Part shown: piece after piece, positions 18,694-31,722 of the stretch
Layout: each line of letters opens with the position of its first letter
Numbering within the stretch: the stretch's first letter is position 1
Source of the DNA: an uncultured Gammaproteobacteria bacterium
Lineage (GTDB): Bacteria; Pseudomonadota; Gammaproteobacteria; Competibacterales; JAHEDQ01
Length of the DNA stretch: 64,000 bases
Direction of reading: 5' to 3'
Assembly (NCBI GenBank): GCA_963783675.1
Contig: CAWAOU010000027.1
Location: 13,221-77,220, forward strand
The notes under the pieces: generated by a model
The model's input: the letters and a program-made list of their open reading frames with translations, nothing else
What the model was told of the DNA's origin: nothing
The model's database searches: none
Program-made: the position numbers and the translations under genes

Positions 18694-19038
18694 ATGGCAA
18701 AACAAGACATCGATGTTGGCCGCCGCAAGGCGATGAAGATGGCCATCGCGGGCGCGGCTGCTATTCCAGTCGCCAGCTTGATTGGCGGCGGCGTCGCCTA
18801 CTCCCAGGATCTGCCACACGTTGCGGAAGATGATCCTGCCGCCGTTGGCCTGAAGTACATGCACGACGCCACCCAGGCGCCGCGGGCCGACAAAGCCGGC
18901 ACCGCAGCGGCTGATCAGCTCTGCAGCAATTGTCAATTCATCGCCGCCGACAGCGGAGAATGGCGCGGCTGCGCACTGTTCCCAGGCAAAGCGGTCAATG
19001 AAAACGGATGGTGTTCCGCCTGGGCGCCCAAGGCCTGA
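18694..19038 (+). CDS. high-potential iron-sulfur protein (HiPIP)
   Basis: Tat signal (GRRKAMKMAIAGAAA). C-terminal CSNCQF...WRGCALFPGKAVNENGWCSAWAPKA has the four HiPIP cluster cysteines. GGAGA Shine-Dalgarno upstream. Confidence 0.9.
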   Translation: MAKQDIDVGRRKAMKMAIAGAAAIPVASLIGGGVAYSQDLPHVAEDDPAAVGLKYMHDATQAPRADKAGTAAADQLCSNCQFIAADSGEWRGCALFPGKAVNENGWCSAWAPKA

Positions 19039-19058
19039 ACAGCGGGCCCAACTCAAGC

Positions 19059-19094
19059 CACCCGGTTCCCGAACAGCGGAACCGGGTGTTTTGT
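19059..19094. terminator. bidirectional intrinsic terminator between convergent HiPIP and yciA-like genes
   Basis: 11-bp stem cacccggttcc / ggaaccgggtg with an 8-nt loop, followed by ttttgt. Confidence 0.6.
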
Positions 19095-19102
19095 CGGCTT
19101 GG

Positions 19103-19492
19103 TCAGCGATCGATCTGGCGTGGTCTTCGATCGACGCCAATGGCCACGTAGGTGAAAACGCCCTCGGTCACCTTGGCACGTTCGGATTGGCGCTCTGCCC
19201 GAATGGCCCAGGCCTGGATTCGGATGCTCATGGACGTCGTGCCAACCCGCTCGAGGTGAGCGTAACAGCACACCACGTCCCCAACGAACACGGGTTTGTG
19301 AAATATCATCCCGTCCACAGCGATGGTGGCCACCCGGCCCGCGGCCCGCTGCTTGGCCAGGATGCCACCGGCAATATCCATTTGCGCCAGCAACCAGCCC
19401 CCAAAAATGTCTCCGCTCGGATTGGTATCCGCCGGCATGGCCAGGGTTCTCAGCGTCAATTCGCCGATCGGTTCATCCGACTCAGAATTCAT
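19103..19492 (-). CDS. acyl-CoA thioesterase (YciA-like hotdog)
   Basis: LRTLAMPADTNPSGDIFGGWLLAQMDIAGG motif. Start ATG 19492 preceded by GGAG at 7 nt. Confidence 0.8.
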   Translation of the reverse strand: MNSESDEPIGELTLRTLAMPADTNPSGDIFGGWLLAQMDIAGGILAKQRAAGRVATIAVDGMIFHKPVFVGDVVCCYAHLERVGTTSMSIRIQAWAIRAERQSERAKVTEGVFTYVAIGVDRRPRQIDR

Positions 19493-19545
19493 GCATTGGC
19501 TCCAAATAATCCTCACCCCGGGCTCCACGCCCTGGGGAGCCGCTG

Positions 19546-19681
19546 ATTTATTCTGGGCGAAGCAGATTGGAGTCTGAAATGTGCAGATTCAAGGCGCAGA
19601 TTGCGGGTAATAGTTGCTCTATTGCCAAAATTTGCAACGATGAAGCTGTGCATTTCAGTCCCAAGATGCACGTTCACGAAT
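19546..19681 (+). repeat. dispersed structured intergenic repeat, copy B (136 bp)
   Basis: Full-length alignment to copies A and C. 13-bp outer stem 19574-19586 / 19646-19658 with two G.U-type pairs. Confidence 0.75.
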
Positions 19682-19773
19682 AGATCAGCGGTTCCCTAGG
19701 GCTACCCTAAACAACTGATGGGTAAATACAAGCTCACACCGGCGCTGCCAGGGTCGAGACCGAGTACGCATTT

Positions 19774-21219
19774 GTGAGCACGCTTTCGAACCATGCGGGC
19801 TTGAGCGATCTGGCGGCCTGTTTGCGCCGCGAACCACGTGCCGTCTATGACATTCTGGATCACATACTGGAACAACGCGCCGATGCCACCGATCCGGTCT
19901 CGCCATACACAGACTGGAGCGCCGTGCGGCTCGTGGCGTCGGCAGAATCCATCCGACATGCACTGAAATGCGGGAACCAGATCGGCCCGTTAAGCGGATT
20001 ACCAGTATCCATCAAAGACTTGTATGGATTGCCCGGCCTACACACCTATGCTGGAACGCCCAGACGCCTGCCGCCACAGTGGGAGACGGCGGGACCCATC
20101 GTAGCAGCGCTGATCAAACAGGGGGCATTGATCAGCGGCAAGACGTTGAGTGGGGAGTTGGCGCTGGGCGGTCTTGGCCTCAATCCCCACTGGGGAACGC
20201 CGTCCAACCCCTGGTCAAGGTTTGGGCGGCGGGTCCCGGGTGGTTCCAGCAGCGGCGCCGGGGCCAGCGTCGTCGAGGGTACTGCCTGGGCCGCGCTGGG
20301 CACCGATACTGGCGGCTCGGTCCGTGTCCCGGCCAGTTATCATGGTTTGGTCGGTCTGAAACTGACATACGGCCGCTGGCCCATGACGGGGGTTGTGCCG
20401 TTGGCCTCGATGTTCGACTCACCCGGTTTGCTCACCCGCACCGTAGACGATGCGGCGTACCTGTTCGCGTCCATTGACGCGGCCTTGGCGGGAGGCATCC
20501 AAAAGGCCTCACCGGTAGACCCGAGACCACTGGCAGGCTTGCGCATTGGAATCGGCTCTCCTCGGCTATGGGACGATTGCGATGCCACTATCCTGACCGT
20601 GTGCAATGATTTTTTGACCCAGCTTGGCGCGCTTGGGGTGCGGCTTATCGACGTCGCCTTTCCCGAATCGGTCAATGCGGCGCAGCATACCCGGGAACAC
20701 AGTTTCGTTGCCGCCGAATGCGAACAGTTCGTGCGCCTGGAACTGCCGGAGCTACGCACCCATCTGAGCCCGGCGACACTTAACATCCTGGCGGAAGGCG
20801 CGACCCTGCGAGACCGGGAAGTGCTGGCGCGGCAACGTCGCTTTGGACATCTGCTTCAGCGGGGCGTGACGGTGTTCGATCAGGTCGACCTGGTGGCCTG
20901 TCCAACAGTCCCGATACCCAGCCCAACCCTTGCGGAGGTCCAGGATTACGATCGGTACCGCATCCTCAACAGCGCCGCCCTGCGCAACACCGTGATCGCA
21001 AACCTGCTGGGTCTTTGTGCCTTGACCCTGCCCGTCGGATTCGACCGATACGGCCTGCCGGTGGGCCTTCAGTTGATGGCGCCAGCGGGCGCGGAAGCAA
21101 AGTTGCTATCGGCGGCACTGGCCATTGAAAAACGACTTGGCACACCCCTTGAAACCCTCGGGCGGCCCTCACCGATCAGCGCCACGGAGCACGCCCCTGA
21201 AAACTCAGTCAGACTTTGA
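19774..21219 (+). CDS. amidase (amidase-signature family, GatA-like)
   Basis: 481 aa. GGSSSGAGASV amidase-signature motif and Ser-cisSer-Lys context. Confidence 0.85.
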   Translation: MSTLSNHAGLSDLAACLRREPRAVYDILDHILEQRADATDPVSPYTDWSAVRLVASAESIRHALKCGNQIGPLSGLPVSIKDLYGLPGLHTYAGTPRRLPPQWETAGPIVAALIKQGALISGKTLSGELALGGLGLNPHWGTPSNPWSRFGRRVPGGSSSGAGASVVEGTAWAALGTDTGGSVRVPASYHGLVGLKLTYGRWPMTGVVPLASMFDSPGLLTRTVDDAAYLFASIDAALAGGIQKASPVDPRPLAGLRIGIGSPRLWDDCDATILTVCNDFLTQLGALGVRLIDVAFPESVNAAQHTREHSFVAAECEQFVRLELPELRTHLSPATLNILAEGATLRDREVLARQRRFGHLLQRGVTVFDQVDLVACPTVPIPSPTLAEVQDYDRYRILNSAALRNTVIANLLGLCALTLPVGFDRYGLPVGLQLMAPAGAEAKLLSAALAIEKRLGTPLETLGRPSPISATEHAPENSVRL

Positions 21220-21735
21220 CTCACTCCAACTCAGATCGATCATGAGTTCGTTGGCCAGAGCCTCCAGATCATCCCGAAGAGTCTCCTCGTTCAGGTCGTC
21301 CGGCGCCAATGCGGAGATCCGGGCCTGCAGCAGCTGACCGCCCGCCATGGATGCGCTTACCACCTCGGATTCCAACTCAAGCACACTGACACCGTGTTGC
21401 GCCAGCGCATGGGCAATGTCATGCACGATACCGGGGTGGTCCTGCCCCACAATTTCCAGCTCAAGCGTCCATCCCCGATCGGCAGAACCGCCGTCAGCAC
21501 CCCGCTCCACCACTATCCGCAGCCCAGCCTGCTCGAGCAGGCGCCAATCCCGAGTGACAGCATCCACAGCGTCGCTGGGAACACTGGCGCGCAGAATGCC
21601 GGCGAACTTGCCGGCCAGCGACGCCATATGGCTTTGTTCCCAGTTTCCACCGTGGTCGGCCAGCGACTGGGAAACGGCATCCACCAGACCGGGGCGGTCA
21701 TCACCGATCATGGTCAGCACCAGGGTGACAGGCAT
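21205..21735 (-). CDS. gcvR: glycine cleavage system transcriptional repressor-like (tandem ACT domains)
   Basis: VLTMIGDDRPGLVDAVSQSLADHGGNWEQSHMASLAGKFAG plus a second ACT repeat. ATG 21735 preceded by AGGAG. Adjacent to gcvP. Confidence 0.65.
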   Translation of the reverse strand: MPVTLVLTMIGDDRPGLVDAVSQSLADHGGNWEQSHMASLAGKFAGILRASVPSDAVDAVTRDWRLLEQAGLRIVVERGADGGSADRGWTLELEIVGQDHPGIVHDIAHALAQHGVSVLELESEVVSASMAGGQLLQARISALAPDDLNEETLRDDLEALANELMIDLSWSESKSD

Positions 21736-21876
21736 TTCGGTGACTCCTAATGAGCAAGGTCGGTATGGGCGCACCCACCGACGAGACTAGAAACCGCGGG
21801 TCGGTGAATCCGCAAGGCAAGTCCGGGCAGGCATGCGCTCACACAACTGGACCCGCCTTCGGTTCACCGAAGGTGT

Positions 21877-24771
<2,895 letters not shown>

Positions 24772-24881
24772 TCCCATACTCCGTCCAAGTAATTCGTCAG
24801 CCAGGTCTGGCAATTGTCGAGACCCGCTCAACCGGCCCGAGTCACCCGGGCCGCATCGGCGAACAACGCTGTGTTTGCCCT

Positions 24882-25259
24882 TCAGCCGAGATCGTCCACC
24901 ATTGCCTGGTATGCGTCTTCGTCCATCAGCCCATCCAGTTCATTGGGATCGGCCAGACGCAACCGCATAAACCAGCCGTCACCAGCCGGGTCAGTGTTCA
25001 CCAGGTTCGGCTCGTCGTTCAGCGCCTCGTTGACCTTCACCACTGTGCCGGCCACCGGTGCCTTCACCTCACCCGCCGCCTTCACCGACTCGATGACGAC
25101 GGTCTCTTCGCCCTGGGCCACGTCTCGGTCCAGTTCCGGCAATTCCACGAAAACCAGGTCGCCCAGCTGCTGTTGGGCATAGTTGGTGATGCCGACCGTA
25201 GCCAGTCCGTCCTCGTCCAGTCTGATCCATTCATGATCTTCAGTGTATTTAACGCTCAT
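24882..25259 (-). CDS. gcvH: glycine cleavage system H protein
   Basis: [14 protein letters not shown]...ESVKAAGEV lipoyl-lysine motif; 125 aa from ATG 25259. Confidence 0.95.
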   Translation of the reverse strand: MSVKYTEDHEWIRLDEDGLATVGITNYAQQQLGDLVFVELPELDRDVAQGEETVVIESVKAAGEVKAPVAGTVVKVNEALNDEPNLVNTDPAGDGWFMRLRLADPNELDGLMDEDAYQAMVDDLG

Positions 25260-25278
25260 GGTGCTCCCCCCGTCTTTG

Positions 25279-26406
25279 CTAACCCCGATAATAGCGTTGC
25301 GGTACAAACGGCATTTTAGCCACTTCCACAGCCAATGCTTTCCCCCGAACCATCGCCCCCAGCGCCGTACCCGTCGCAGTCAGATCGGAACGCAGATATC
25401 CCATAGCCACCGGACCATCCACGGTGGCGCCGTGACATCCGCTGGTGACCCGCCCGACCGATACCCCACCTGCATCCACCAGTTCCGCGCCCGCCCGCAC
25501 CGGTTGGCGACCCGTCGGACGAATACCCACTCGTAACAGGTCGGTGCCGTTGGCCAGCTGATCCAACACCCGGTCGGCGCCTGGAAAGCCACCGGCGCGG
25601 GCCCCACCAGCTCTACGCACTTTTTGTATCGCCCAGGTGAGGCCGGCTTCAACCGGTGTAGTGCGTTCGTCAATGTCCTGACCGTAGAGGCAAAGCCCCG
25701 CTTCCAGTCGCAAGGAGTCGCGTGCGCCCAGACCGGCCCAGGCCACACTTTCGGCAGCCAAGAGGTATTCGGCCAAAGCAACCGCGTCCACCGCCGCCAC
25801 CGAAATTTCAAACCCGTCCTCTCCGGTGTATCCGGATCGGGTGAGGAAACAGTCAATACCCCCGACACGGCAGGCCCGGGCATCCATGAAACGCATGTCG
25901 GAAACGCCTGGTGCGAGATCCTCCATCACGCCGCAGGCGGCGGGACCCTGCAACGCAAGCAGCGCCCTATCCGCCAGATAGGTGACGGTGCACTCTGCGT
26001 CGAGCCCCCCATGCAGCCGGGCCAGATCGGCCTCCTTCCTCGCGGCGTTCACCACGAGCATCAAATGATCGCCCGCATGGGTGATCATGAGATCGTCCAC
26101 AATGCCGCCGGACTCGTTTGTGAGCAGGGCATAGCGTTGCCGAAACGGCTGCAAGCCCTGCACATCCACCGGCACCAGCTTTTCCAGTGCTGCAGCAGCC
26201 GATCCACCCTCCAGCCGCACCTGTCCCATGTGTGACACATCGAACAACGAGGCCGCGGCGCGCGTGTGCAGATGTTCGTTGATGATGCCACCCGGATACT
26301 GCAGCGGCATCTGATAACCGGCAAACGGCACCATTCTGGCGCCTGCCAAGCGGTGCATGGCGTCGAACGGCGTAAGGGCGGTCACGCCCTGATCTTCTTG
26401 GCTCAT
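25279..26406 (-). CDS. gcvT: aminomethyltransferase, T protein
   Basis: TPFDAMHRLAGARMVPFAGYQMPLQY start, GcvT length, and operon context with gcvH/gcvP. Confidence 0.95.
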   Translation of the reverse strand: MSQEDQGVTALTPFDAMHRLAGARMVPFAGYQMPLQYPGGIINEHLHTRAAASLFDVSHMGQVRLEGGSAAAALEKLVPVDVQGLQPFRQRYALLTNESGGIVDDLMITHAGDHLMLVVNAARKEADLARLHGGLDAECTVTYLADRALLALQGPAACGVMEDLAPGVSDMRFMDARACRVGGIDCFLTRSGYTGEDGFEISVAAVDAVALAEYLLAAESVAWAGLGARDSLRLEAGLCLYGQDIDERTTPVEAGLTWAIQKVRRAGGARAGGFPGADRVLDQLANGTDLLRVGIRPTGRQPVRAGAELVDAGGVSVGRVTSGCHGATVDGPVAMGYLRSDLTATGTALGAMVRGKALAVEVAKMPFVPQRYYRG

Positions 26407-26452
26407 GAGTATCCCCCCAAAAAAACGCTTGGCGCAATCAAAGCGGTCGCGG

Positions 26453-27853
26453 TCAGCATTCAACCAGATTGACCGGCACTTCGATCACGTTCACGGCAAG
26501 GCCGCCGCGGGCCGTTTCCTTATACTTGGTCTTCATGTCCGCACCGGTGTCACGCATGGTCTTAATGACTTTGTCCAAGGACACGTAGTGAGTGCCGTCA
26601 CCGTGCAATGCCATGCGGGTCGCGTTGATGGCTTTGATGGAGGCCATCGCATTGCGTTCGATACAGGGCACCTGGACCAGACCGCCGACGGGGTCGCAGG
26701 TCAAGCCGAGATTGTGCTCCATTGCGATTTCCGCGGCGTTTTCGACCTGCGACGGGGTGCCCCCCAGGACCTCGGTCAGTGCCCCAGCGGCCATGGAACA
26801 GGCCGAACCCACCTCGCCCTGGCAACCCACTTCGGCACCCGAGATGGACGCATTTTCCTTGTACAACAGTCCGATGGCGCCGGCGGTCAATAAAAATCGA
26901 ACCACGCCCTCGTCGTTTGCCCCATGACAGAACCGCGTGTAGTAGTGCAGCACCGCGGGAATGATCCCGGCCGCACCGTTGGTGGGGGCAGTCACCACTC
27001 GTCCCCCCGCCGCATTTTCCTCATTGACCGCCAGAGCGTACAGATTGACCCAGTCCAGAATGGTCAGCGGATCACACAGAGCAGCCTCCGGGTGCGCGCT
27101 CAGTTTTCGAAACAGGTCTGCGGCTCGCCGCTTGACCTTCATTCCGCCGGGCAGAATACCCTCCTTGTGACAGCCCCGTTGTACACAGTCGCGCATCACC
27201 GACCACAGGGCCAGTAATTGCGCGTTAATCTCCTCCTCAGGCCGCCATACACGTTCGTTGGCCAGCATCACCTGACTCACCGGAATGCCCCGATTGTCGC
27301 AGTGCTGCAACAATTCCACCGCACTGGAGAAGGGCAACGGCAACTCGGTATCGTCCTGCTTGATCAATCCGCCGGAGGCGGCGGCTTCGTCCAGAACGAA
27401 TCCACCCCCCACCGAATAGTAAATACCGGCTCGGATTTCAGCATTGCTTTCATCGAAGGCGGAAAAACGCATGCCGTTGGAGTGGACCGGCAGCGCTTTG
27501 CGCCGATGCAACACCAGGTCGCGCTCCTCGTTGAATCGGATCGCATGTCGGCCCAGGAGTTGGATGCGCTTGTCTCGCCGGATCTCGGCCAGACGAGGCG
27601 GGACGGTCTCCGGGTCGATTTGATCCGGCAGGGCGCCCTCCAAACCCAGAATGACCGCCGAGTCGGAGCCGTGACCGCGGCCGGTGGCGCCCAGGGAACC
27701 GTATAGCTCGGTCTTCACACGAACGGTCGATTCAAGCACGCCGTCGTCAGCGAGCCCGTTAACGAAGGTGTTGGCAGCCCGCATCGGGCCAACCGTATGG
27801 GAACTGGATGGGCCAATTCCGATCTTGAACAGTTCGAAAACACTGGTGGCCAT
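26453..27853 (-). CDS. sdaA: L-serine ammonia-lyase (iron-sulfur dependent, single chain)
   Basis: 466 aa. [25 protein letters not shown]-terminus is diagnostic for SdaA/SdaB. Confidence 0.95.
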   Translation of the reverse strand: MATSVFELFKIGIGPSSSHTVGPMRAANTFVNGLADDGVLESTVRVKTELYGSLGATGRGHGSDSAVILGLEGALPDQIDPETVPPRLAEIRRDKRIQLLGRHAIRFNEERDLVLHRRKALPVHSNGMRFSAFDESNAEIRAGIYYSVGGGFVLDEAAASGGLIKQDDTELPLPFSSAVELLQHCDNRGIPVSQVMLANERVWRPEEEINAQLLALWSVMRDCVQRGCHKEGILPGGMKVKRRAADLFRKLSAHPEAALCDPLTILDWVNLYALAVNEENAAGGRVVTAPTNGAAGIIPAVLHYYTRFCHGANDEGVVRFLLTAGAIGLLYKENASISGAEVGCQGEVGSACSMAAGALTEVLGGTPSQVENAAEIAMEHNLGLTCDPVGGLVQVPCIERNAMASIKAINATRMALHGDGTHYVSLDKVIKTMRDTGADMKTKYKETARGGLAVNVIEVPVNLVEC

Positions 27854-28038
27854 GCATGCTCCGTTCAGCCGTGACTCGGGACCTCACCGTTCCGGCGGGT
27901 GCCGGCCAACCGCGCTCGCCCTGCCAATACCTCATCTGTACCTATAGCGTCAGTGTAGGGTTCACCACGCCCTTTGGACACCGATTGTGGATTACTGATT
28001 ATCCAGGCAACGGTTTCGATTTATCCAGGACCGACCGT

Positions 28039-28902
28039 TCAGGGTCCGATGCCCCCTTCCATGTCCTCGAGCAAACCCAGTCCGTGTCGCATCAACAGGC
28101 GCACGTCGGCCCAAAGGTCCCGGCTGCCCAGCACCACCACGATGACCTGGTGCGGGCCCTGACGGGCCAGGCCGACAAAACAGTGGCCCGCCGCATTCGT
28201 ATAGCCCGTCTTGCCCGCCACCATAGCAGGGTCCGCCCCCAGCAGCCGGTTGGTTGTGCGCACGATCTCGGTCCGGGCGTTGGCGCCCTGGATAGGCACC
28301 CTATATGCGCGGGTGCCCATGATGAGGGTCAACCGTGGGATCTGCATGGCCCGGCGAAACAATCGCGCCAGGTCGAGTGCGGTGGAGAGATGACCGGCAG
28401 CAGGCAACCCGTCGGCGTTGACAAATCGGGTGTTGCGGGCCCCCAGCCAACGCGCCTGTTGATTCATGAGATTGACAAAATCGGCCACATTCCCGGCGGC
28501 GTTCTCGGCCAGCGCAGAGGCCACGTCATTCGCCGATGACAGCAACAGCGCGTAGAGCGCATCCTGCACCCGAAGACGATCTCCCGGCAGTAGACCCAGC
28601 TTCACCGGAGGTGTGCGACTGACCAAGTCGCTGGCCTGGATAATTGCGCCCAGCCCCAGGCGTTCCACCGCCACGATCGCAGTCATGATCTTGGTTGTGC
28701 TGGCGGGGGGCAGCCGCTCCTGGCCTCGGAAATGGTAGATCGCCAGACCGCTGGGCGGATACACCACGGCGGCTGCCCTTGCCGTGAGGCCCGGCAATCG
28801 TTCCGCCGCCGGCGCCGGGCCGACTAGCAACACAAGCAGCAACATCGCCCCAGGAATGCGCTGGGACCTAATCGGCTCGCTCCCCGCCCTTCCGTCTTGC
28901 AT
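28039..28902 (-). CDS. D-alanyl-D-alanine carboxypeptidase (serine type, S11/PBP5 family)
   Basis: SxxK (ASTTK), SxN (SSAND) and KTG (GKTGYT) motifs in the correct order. Start uncertain: the maximal ORF reaches 29046, but its first 48 aa look non-coding. Confidence 0.8.
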   Translation of the reverse strand: MQDGRAGSEPIRSQRIPGAMLLLVLLVGPAPAAERLPGLTARAAAVVYPPSGLAIYHFRGQERLPPASTTKIMTAIVAVERLGLGAIIQASDLVSRTPPVKLGLLPGDRLRVQDALYALLLSSANDVASALAENAAGNVADFVNLMNQQARWLGARNTRFVNADGLPAAGHLSTALDLARLFRRAMQIPRLTLIMGTRAYRVPIQGANARTEIVRTTNRLLGADPAMVAGKTGYTNAAGHCFVGLARQGPHQVIVVVLGSRDLWADVRLLMRHGLGLLEDMEGGIGP

Positions 28903-29164
28903 GCCCCATAATCTCGGACACACCGAAAAAAAATAACAAGAGGCCCAGCATGATTTGCATCCAGTGTAGTGTCCCATAGGTTCGCTGTGTCTCAGCAAGG
29001 CGAGGAGCGGGCAGGCGCATTCAAGCGCGCCCAACATCGTAATCACACAGCCGATGACAGTGGCTGCCGCAGATAGCTGAGGTGCGGTTTGAGGTGGATA
29101 TCTGAGTTGTATCCGGCTCGATCAACAACCTTCCATGGTCCACCGTTTCACCCTCGGACCGACC

Positions 29165-31420
29165 TCAGTAACGGGTGCCAAGAAAAATGTAGGCGGAAGA
29201 GGCGCCGCCCTCGGCTACGCCGTAGGCCAGATAGAACGGCCCGAGAAAGGTATCGACCCCCACAAACAGGCTGCCCGCTGCGAGCCAGTCATTGCCAAAA
29301 TCAGCGCGCTGCTGCCACACGTTGCCCAGTTCCGCAGAGCCTCCCAAATAAACCGGCATTTGAAGCGGTCCTGTAGAATCGTCTAGCCGGTAGTAATAGA
29401 CCATGCTTCCAAAAGCGAGTTGGCTGCCGCTTAACTCCCGCTCCGCGTAACCAGACAGATTCAAGAATCCACCCAGCTCGAATCGATCATAGACCGGCAA
29501 TTCTCTCTCGCTGAGCGCGCCCCCAGCTTCAAAGCCCCCCACCAGGGAATGCCGCCCCCAGGTACTCGCCATGGAAAACTCCCCAGCGAGGGTCTGATAG
29601 CTGTCGTCGGCGTTCAGCTTCTGGGTGGAATTGTAGTAGTCAAGAAAGCCACGATAGCCACGATGAGGGAAATCGACATTGTCCAGCGTATCCAATGAAA
29701 GCCGGGTATAGAACCCGCCAAAACTGAAATCCTCCTCCGGCAGGCCGGGGGCACCCACCCGGACCTTGTAGTTACCACGCCCGGCGCGCAGGCCTGCACG
29801 GACTTCGCCCCAGGTACTCAACTCACGGCCCAGAGCCAAGGCGCCGCCCCAGCGACCGATCCGATACTCAGCGGACTGTTGGTTGACGCTGCTGTAAATG
29901 CCCTGGTTGTATTTTTCGTAGATCAGCTGCGGTTCTACGAAGTACACGGCATTGGGATCAAACGGATAGTGATAGCGCGTTGCCAGCAGAGGGTCCTCAC
30001 CGATACGGATCTGCGTTCGCCACTCTGCACCGTAATCCGACAGCGCGGTCATGGTGTAGGCCGCACCGAAATTGAATTTACTGGATCCGTTCACGTCATC
30101 CTGCAATGACAATCCGAATTGCAGGTAGTTGGGCCCCCATTCCTTGGCCTTGGCGTCCACCACCAAAGCGGTTTCATTGCCTTCCTGTTCGAATCGGTAT
30201 GAGACGGTCTGGAACACGTCAAGACCATAAATCTGATCGATATCCTCCTTCAGCTCGTCGAGTTTCACCGGCTCACCCGTCTTGGCCCGCAGTCGGGCTT
30301 TGAGCGCTGCGTCCGACAGGCGACTGTCGTTCTCTATCCGAATGGCATCAACCACTGGACTCGACGGCACCGCTGCCGCCATATTGCCGACCCGATACTG
30401 AGCGTGGGCCGAATCGGTCAGGGCATAGCGCCGGAACTGACCGGCCGCAGCCTCAGCCGCCTCCACGCCGTACGCAACCGCGTCAACGGCCTCCGTGAAG
30501 TCGGCGGTTCCGACCTCGCGCAGGTCAGGCTCGATCAGAACGTCATCGGGACCCAGATTCGATATCTGTATCCGGGTATTCTGCTGGGTCATGATGGTGG
30601 TGAGCTGGTCGGTGATGGCAAGCACCGAGGTCAGATCCTCGGTCGGGCTGAGGGGCGTGCCTAAGCTGACCGCAATCACCACGTCCATACCTGCCGCCTT
30701 GACCACATCCACAGGCAGGTTGTCCGAGACGCCTCCGTCCACCAGCAACCGGCCTTCGATTTGCATCGGTTCAAGCGCCCCGGGAATACTCATGCTTGCG
30801 CGCATGGCGTCCACCAGACTGCCGGAGCTCAACACCACCGGCTCGCCGGTGGCGATGTCCGTTGCCACCGCACGAAATGGGATACGAAAATCGTCGAAAT
30901 TTGAGACCAGCGCGGTGCGCTGAGCGAGTTCCTCCAGCACCAGACTGAGTTTCTGACCCTGGACCAGGCCCTTGGGCAACTTCAGCTTGCCGTCACTGAA
31001 ACCCGGCCGTGCCTTGACCAGAAACGAGCTGTCATCCCGCTTTTTCAAGAAAGAACGCTGTTCCCGCGCTGGCCTGTCGGCAAACACATCGACCCAATCG
31101 ATCTCGGTCAGTGCCCGTTCCAACTCATCGGTGGACAAACCTGACGCGTATAGACCGCCGATGATGGCGCCCATGCTGGTACCGGCGATGAAATCGATGG
31201 GAATCCGGTTTTCCTCAAGTACACGCAGCACACCAATGTGCGCTGCCCCCCGAGCACCCCCGCCGCTCAATGCGAGCCCGATACGCGGTCGATCAGCCGC
31301 ATCGACGGCACCGACCCAAAACACAGAAGCAAGCATGATCACCAGCACAGGCCAAAGTCGACAGCGCACGCAGCGGCTCCCAGAAGATACGGTACCCAAT
31401 CCACTATGCAGCCTGCTCAT
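29165..31420 (-). CDS. patatin-like phospholipase fused to POTRA/Omp85 beta-barrel (PlpD-like)
   Basis: GGGARGAAHIGV oxyanion motif, GTSMGA (GxSxG), DGG catalytic Asp, then about 400 aa with a beta-barrel-like alternating pattern ending in aromatic ...FLGTRY. Confidence 0.85.
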   Translation of the reverse strand: MSRLHSGLGTVSSGSRCVRCRLWPVLVIMLASVFWVGAVDAADRPRIGLALSGGGARGAAHIGVLRVLEENRIPIDFIAGTSMGAIIGGLYASGLSTDELERALTEIDWVDVFADRPAREQRSFLKKRDDSSFLVKARPGFSDGKLKLPKGLVQGQKLSLVLEELAQRTALVSNFDDFRIPFRAVATDIATGEPVVLSSGSLVDAMRASMSIPGALEPMQIEGRLLVDGGVSDNLPVDVVKAAGMDVVIAVSLGTPLSPTEDLTSVLAITDQLTTIMTQQNTRIQISNLGPDDVLIEPDLREVGTADFTEAVDAVAYGVEAAEAAAGQFRRYALTDSAHAQYRVGNMAAAVPSSPVVDAIRIENDSRLSDAALKARLRAKTGEPVKLDELKEDIDQIYGLDVFQTVSYRFEQEGNETALVVDAKAKEWGPNYLQFGLSLQDDVNGSSKFNFGAAYTMTALSDYGAEWRTQIRIGEDPLLATRYHYPFDPNAVYFVEPQLIYEKYNQGIYSSVNQQSAEYRIGRWGGALALGRELSTWGEVRAGLRAGRGNYKVRVGAPGLPEEDFSFGGFYTRLSLDTLDNVDFPHRGYRGFLDYYNSTQKLNADDSYQTLAGEFSMASTWGRHSLVGGFEAGGALSERELPVYDRFELGGFLNLSGYAERELSGSQLAFGSMVYYYRLDDSTGPLQMPVYLGGSAELGNVWQQRADFGNDWLAAGSLFVGVDTFLGPFYLAYGVAEGGASSAYIFLGTRY

Positions 31421-31581
31421 GCCGCCCTCAAGCCCGAAAGGCTATCCCGATGGGCCCGATTCAAAGGTTTCCTTTTCTAACAGCACTTGTGAACTGGTTC
31501 ACAGAACCCGGCCCACCTTCCACGCACAATCGACACTGACCACACATGCAGAGGCCCACACACACGGGCTGGAGACACATC

Positions 31582-31722
31582 ATGACGTTCAAGCTCCGCT
31601 TTCCCCAATCACGCCGCCGTCGCTCGGACGTGGGACTGTTGGACCATTTCCTGGCTTGGACGGTGGCCCTGACCCTGGGCTTGCTGGTCTGGATGGCTGC
31701 CTATCTGGACGGCCCGTTTTGA
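31582..31722 (+). CDS. candidate 46-aa small membrane protein
   Basis: Below the ORF-track cutoff. ATG preceded by GGAGA at 6 nt. MTFKLRFPQSRRRRSDVGLLDHFLAWTVALTLGLLVWMAAYLDGPF has a basic N-terminus plus one TM helix. Confidence 0.3.
   Translation: MTFKLRFPQSRRRRSDVGLLDHFLAWTVALTLGLLVWMAAYLDGPF

Noticed and set aside
27854-28038. Possible glycine riboswitch in the leader of the sdaA-gcvT-gcvH-gcvP operon
   Set aside because: I read the minus-strand leader and could not find the conserved glycine-aptamer cores (GGAGAG...CACCGAAGGGGCAA...CTCAGGCAAAAGGAC type). There are only weak partial resemblances. An Infernal scan would settle it.
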